From a virus (lineage: Duplodnaviria; Caudoviricetes), in IMG/VR virus record IMGVR_UViG_3300042334_000901, positions 1 to 30,310 of that record: a stretch of DNA of 30,310 nt, one strand, 5' to 3'. Within the stretch, counting starts at the first letter, position 1. Every line of letters begins with the position of its first letter. The translations under genes and the position numbers were made by a program. Positions 26,661 to 30,310 of this stretch are shown here, piece by piece. The notes beneath the pieces were generated by a model that made no database searches, was not told the DNA's origin, and was given only the letters and a program-made list of their open reading frames with translations.

Positions 26661-27086
26661 ATGGGTAGACCATTAAATAAAAGATATTTCGGACCACCAA
26701 GTGCTGGCGGAAATGAAATTAAAGTTCAATTCCACAATGGAACAGCAAGTGTAAACGGTTGGATTGTAAAACAAAAAGGAAGCAAAAGATTCCTTTGCAC
26801 TAACGGAACAGTATCTAGATTATGCAAGCTTTCTACTAAAGCTTCTAGTTTACTTTTAGCTGGTGAAATGAGTATTACTGTTAAAACAGATGCAACCACA
26901 GTATTACAAGTTACCAAGATATCTGCAAAGAAAGTTACATTAGAAAATGGAACAGTCATTGCATGGAATTGGAGTAATTCAACTACTGATGGAAAAGTAG
27001 AAATGGAAGAAGCAGGAAATGATACTGTTATAACTTCTACTTCAACAGATGAAGATGATTTTGAAGCAGATGACCCCGCTCCATAA
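26661..27086 (+). CDS. Probable virion structural protein
   Basis: AAGGAG RBS; MGRPLNKRYFG...GWIVKQKGSKRF; late motif upstream, terminator downstream. Confidence 0.7.
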   Translation: MGRPLNKRYFGPPSAGGNEIKVQFHNGTASVNGWIVKQKGSKRFLCTNGTVSRLCKLSTKASSLLLAGEMSITVKTDATTVLQVTKISAKKVTLENGTVIAWNWSNSTTDGKVEMEEAGNDTVITSTSTDEDDFEADDPAP

Positions 27087-27109
27087 TTAATTTAAAATTT
27101 AATGTTACT

Positions 27110-27140
27110 AGCCCGTCATTTAATTATGGCGGGCTTTTTT
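27110..27140 (+). terminator. Rho-independent terminator
   Basis: agcccgtcat-ttaatt-atggcgggc followed by T6. Confidence 0.9.
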
Positions 27141-27148
27141 CATAAATA
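27141..27148 (+). promoter_or_regulatory. Putative late promoter (CATAAATA)
   Basis: Directly after the terminator and 26 nt before the ATG of the giant ORF; same layout as 24678-24713. Confidence 0.6.
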
Positions 27149-27174
27149 TTATAAAATGCAAAGGTATTAAAATT

Positions 27175-30100
27175 ATGCAAAAGTCAAGTGATGTTTTATT
27201 TAAAATAATTCAACCAAATTTAATATTATCCGAAAGTATAAATTCAGCTAATAATGCTAAAATTATTTTAGAAGAAATCATATTATATGAAAATTTCTTA
27301 ACTTCTATGAAGCAATATTTACAATCACGATATGACGATACTATTGAAGATTTAAGTCAAAACTTAGTCAATACTAAGGATGCAGGAGTATTAATAAAAA
27401 ACATAATAACAAATCCTAATTATATGGAAACAGTAGTAGAACAATTAAACAAACAAACCAGAAATCTTATGAAGTCAATAAGAGCAGTTTCTACTGAAAT
27501 ACTTAGCAAAACATCACAAAATAATGCTCTAGCTAATGTATCTAATGGTTTGAAAGAATTAATCAATAACTTGACCACAAAAATAACACAATCTTTACGA
27601 ATTCCTGGATGGAAAGGCTTCTTATATTCATTAGGAGTATACAGTTTTTCTAAGTTCATATTAACAAAATTTATAGAATATCGTGATTCTGCAAGTAGTT
27701 TATTAACTTTTTTTACTACTGGTGCTTCTGAACTGTTTGACAATAAGCTAAATGATTTATCTGATATGATAATCAATATTTCAGGAACAACTATGTCTGG
27801 ATTTATGAGTTTCTTTGCAGATATGGCTGAGATTGGGAAAATATTCGTAAGCATATTGGCTTATATAAAAAGAAAATTAAACTTCGGCGGCGATCTTGGA
27901 TTACAAAATGCACCAACTGTAAAAGTAACTGAAGAAGGCGTTGGTAGAATAGTTAAAAACGTCAATACTACTGTTGATGTTGGACCAAATGAAATAAGTA
28001 AACAAGCTGCTAAATTTGGAAATAAAGTCACTAAAGATGGCTATCCACCAATTTTAAACAAAAAAGCAGTAAAAAATACATCAATTAATAAATTGTCTAA
28101 TTTGGGATTAAGTGAGCAATATTCATCATTGGAATTAGCCATTATGGAAGGTGGTCATGCAATAGAACCACATCCAGAAGGTTATTCAGACGATTTGCTA
28201 ACTATGCCAAAGTATGCATTAGTTGTCAATACTCCTAGTGATATGGATTGGTATAAAATAGGACAGCATTATACCAGTTTAGGAACAGAAGACCCAGACG
28301 AATATGGGCAAGGCGATAGCGACATGGTAATTGTTCCTGCTAATGAAAGTGAATTAGCAAAATTAAAAGCAATGCTTGATAGATTAAATATTGTATATAA
28401 AGATATTGGTTCAACCAGAGAACAACCCGAATTGCATATGGAAGGTATTATGATAGAACTGGATAATATGCATAGTATATTAGACGAAGGTTTGAAAGAT
28501 AAACTCAAAAAAGCTGCATTAGTTGGGGCAATGGGTGTATTGGGTATGGGGGCGGTGGGAACTAAAAATGCATACGACAAACTACAAACAACCAATCCAG
28601 CCTCTGTATCACAAAAATTTTCGCAGCCTGAAAGACCCATATCAAAAACACCGTCAACGCAAGGTTCAGTACAGAAAAGCGAACTTGCACCAAAAACTAG
28701 CATACGTCCACAAGCAAAACCAGTACAGAAAAGCGAACTTGCACCAAAAACTAGCATACGCCCAAGAGCAAGAGATACGCTAACAGATTCAAGATACGAA
28801 TCATATTTTAAAAACTTTGCTAAAAAATATGGAATTAATAATGATGAATTGGCTGCACTTCTTGCACAAGCGGCTCACGAAACTGATTATTTTGGAACCT
28901 TAGTTGAATATGGCGATGAAGAAGATTTTGATGCATATGAAGGCAGAAATGGAAACACTGATGCTGGTGATGGCTACAAGTATCGTGGTAGAGGATTTTT
29001 ACATTTAACTGGTAAAGAAAATTATGAAAAAGCAGGAAAAAAATTAGGATTAGATTTAGTTGGAAATCCTGATTTGGTTTCTACTCCAAAAGTAGCAGCA
29101 TTAACTTCAATTTGGTATTGGATAAACAGAGTTAGACCAGATGTATCTGATTTTAATGATGTAGCAGAAGTTACTTATCAAGTAAATGGGGGTGATAAGG
29201 GATTAGAGCAACGTAAAGAAAATTTTGAAAAATATATAGAATTAATGGGGGATTCTCGAAAGACCGAAGAAAATTTAAAAGAATCTATCGGAAAAAGATT
29301 AGGAGATTTGGCGGAAATCAAAACCAAATTCGAAGATGCAGATTTTTGGATATGGCGTAGAAATTCAATAGAGAAAGTTGGTTCTCCTACTAGAGAATAC
29401 AATCCACAACATATTGGTATAAAAGTAATTAGAAAAGATTTACTAATGCCAGAATACCTATTTTATCTAATGCAATATATGCATATGCAAGGTTATTTTA
29501 GAAAGCTATCAAAAGGTGCTACCAATTTGGTTAATATAACTACAGATGATGTTAAAAATATAAGTTTTGCATTGAAAGAAAGCAGCAATAAGAAAATAGA
29601 AGAAGCTGTAAAAAAATTAAAAGAAGCAGAAATAGTTGATCTTGATCAAAAACGTGAAGATGAAAAGCTAAAAAAATTCCATAAAGGGTTTATGGGAGAT
29701 ATATCTGATAGAGTAAATGATAAAAGAGAAGCATATAATATAGCAAATGAACAAGGGTTATTTGATGATTTGCCTGTTGGAACTAGATTTACTTTACCAA
29801 AAGGGTCGTCTTATAAAGTTTTAAGTCATAGTATGAAAACTAGAAAAACAGATCAGCTTCCCCGCCATGAATTAGAATTCCGACATAAATTTAATATGGG
29901 TCCAGCAAAAATGATAGAATATAATGGGAATTATTATCAACCTATTATATATACTGAAGAGGTAGCTGGCGAAATGGCGGGCAGCACTAGTGGTTTTGAT
30001 TTAGATAAATTAGTTAATTTTAGTACTGGTGAAAAACGTTATAAAAAATTCACTGGTCCAAAAAAAATGACAGAAAGAAATAAACCAGACCAAGTAAGAG

Positions 30101-30310
30101 GCTCAGAACCAATTCCTGCAAAAAGAAAACCTTCTAATACTGGGTTTCAAAAGCATCCATATATGGGAAGATTGGTTGGAGAAAATTCAACTGTTTCGTC
30201 AATTGGTTATAAAATAATGGCATATGATCCAAAAACTAAAACTGCATATTCTCTTGCAGATGAAAAAGTAAAATTTCCATTAGTTAAAAATAAAGAAATA
30301 AAAGTTGGCG
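27175..30310 (+). CDS. Large multi-module protein (at least 1045 aa, runs off the window) with a GH19 lysozyme/chitinase-like domain and an HsdS TRD-like domain
   Basis: Translated by hand in frame +1 from ATG 27175 with no stop to 30310. GH19 motifs LAQAAHET, GDGYKYRGRGFLHLTGKENY, SIWYW, VNGG..GL..R at about 28790-29245; HsdS-like module at 29284-29580. Confidence 0.9.
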   Translation, partial: MQKSSDVLFKIIQPNLILSESINSANNAKIILEEIILYENFLTSMKQYLQSRYDDTIEDLSQNLVNTKDAGVLIKNIITNPNYMETVVEQLNKQTRNLMKSIRAVSTEILSKTSQNNALANVSNGLKELINNLTTKITQSLRIPGWKGFLYSLGVYSFSKFILTKFIEYRDSASSLLTFFTTGASELFDNKLNDLSDMIINISGTTMSGFMSFFADMAEIGKIFVSILAYIKRKLNFGGDLGLQNAPTVKVTEEGVGRIVKNVNTTVDVGPNEISKQAAKFGNKVTKDGYPPILNKKAVKNTSINKLSNLGLSEQYSSLELAIMEGGHAIEPHPEGYSDDLLTMPKYALVVNTPSDMDWYKIGQHYTSLGTEDPDEYGQGDSDMVIVPANESELAKLKAMLDRLNIVYKDIGSTREQPELHMEGIMIELDNMHSILDEGLKDKLKKAALVGAMGVLGMGAVGTKNAYDKLQTTNPASVSQKFSQPERPISKTPSTQGSVQKSELAPKTSIRPQAKPVQKSELAPKTSIRPRARDTLTDSRYESYFKNFAKKYGINNDELAALLAQAAHETDYFGTLVEYGDEEDFDAYEGRNGNTDAGDGYKYRGRGFLHLTGKENYEKAGKKLGLDLVGNPDLVSTPKVAALTSIWYWINRVRPDVSDFNDVAEVTYQVNGGDKGLEQRKENFEKYIELMGDSRKTEENLKESIGKRLGDLAEIKTKFEDADFWIWRRNSIEKVGSPTREYNPQHIGIKVIRKDLLMPEYLFYLMQYMHMQGYFRKLSKGATNLVNITTDDVKNISFALKESSNKKIEEAVKKLKEAEIVDLDQKREDEKLKKFHKGFMGDISDRVNDKREAYNIANEQGLFDDLPVGTRFTLPKGSSYKVLSHSMKTRKTDQLPRHELEFRHKFNMGPAKMIEYNGNYYQPIIYTEEVAGEMAGSTSGFDLDKLVNFSTGEKRYKKFTGPKKMTERNKPDQVRGSEPIPAKRKPSNTGFQKHPYMGRLVGENSTVSSIGYKIMAYDPKTKTAYSLADEKVKFPLVKNKEIKVG
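28667..28760 (+). repeat. Two identical 40-nt direct repeats, 54-nt period, in frame
   Basis: cagtacagaaaagcgaacttgcaccaaaaactagcatacg at 28667-28706 and 28721-28760; encodes VQKSELAPKTSIRP twice. Confidence 0.95.

Noticed and set aside
1304-26959. Short antisense or alternate-frame ORFs inside topoisomerase, clpA, MTase, uvsE and others
   Set aside because: Fully overlapped by well-supported genes, with no recognisable motifs.
28667-28760. Direct repeat as a possible CRISPR mini-array
   Set aside because: Only two copies with a 14-nt spacer, a period divisible by 3, in frame within a coding linker, and no cas genes.
27420-29402. Track ORFs 27420-27854(-), 28269-28757(-), 28523-28783(+), 29178-29402(-)
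   Set aside because: Shadows of the long frame +1 ORF starting at 27175, which carries the recognisable domains.
1-30310. Stop-codon reassignment (seen in some large phages)
   Set aside because: Conserved genes are full length in code 11, and TAG, TGA and TAA all end genes at sensible boundaries.
1-30310. tRNA, rRNA, integrase or transposase
   Set aside because: Intergenic gaps are too short or lack cloverleaf/T-loop signatures, and no recombinase motifs were seen.

Overview
AT-rich (roughly 30% GC by eye), gene-dense segment of a large T4-related/jumbo dsDNA bacteriophage in the standard genetic code. The left two-thirds is a mostly + strand early/middle region driven by near-consensus sigma70 promoters. 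It encodes ClpP, a dNMP-kinase-like protein, a metallophosphoesterase, T4-type topoisomerase II (gp39/60 + gp52), a MazG-like protein, a stand-alone fragment of DNA polymerase III alpha, GroES, a clamp-loader ATPase, an orphan DNA methyltransferase, a WYL-like protein, a heme oxygenase + PcyX bilin-reductase pair, a HAD phosphatase and PhoH. The right third holds IF-1, overlapping spanins, ClpA, probable virion proteins, a holin-like protein, a RyR-domain protein and UvsE; several of these genes are preceded by a (C/A)TAAATA late-promoter-like motif. The most striking element is missing from the supplied ORF track: an ORF of at least 1045 codons (27175 to the window end, no stop). It reads as a string of unrelated modules separated by (L/I/V/M)-x-E sites resembling T4-type prohead-protease cleavage sites. 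The modules include a GH19 lysozyme preceded by an internal signal-like peptide, and a miniature type I restriction HsdS-like domain flanked on both sides by LKE|S. Several clues point to an alphaproteobacterial host. All family assignments come from motif recognition, not database searches.
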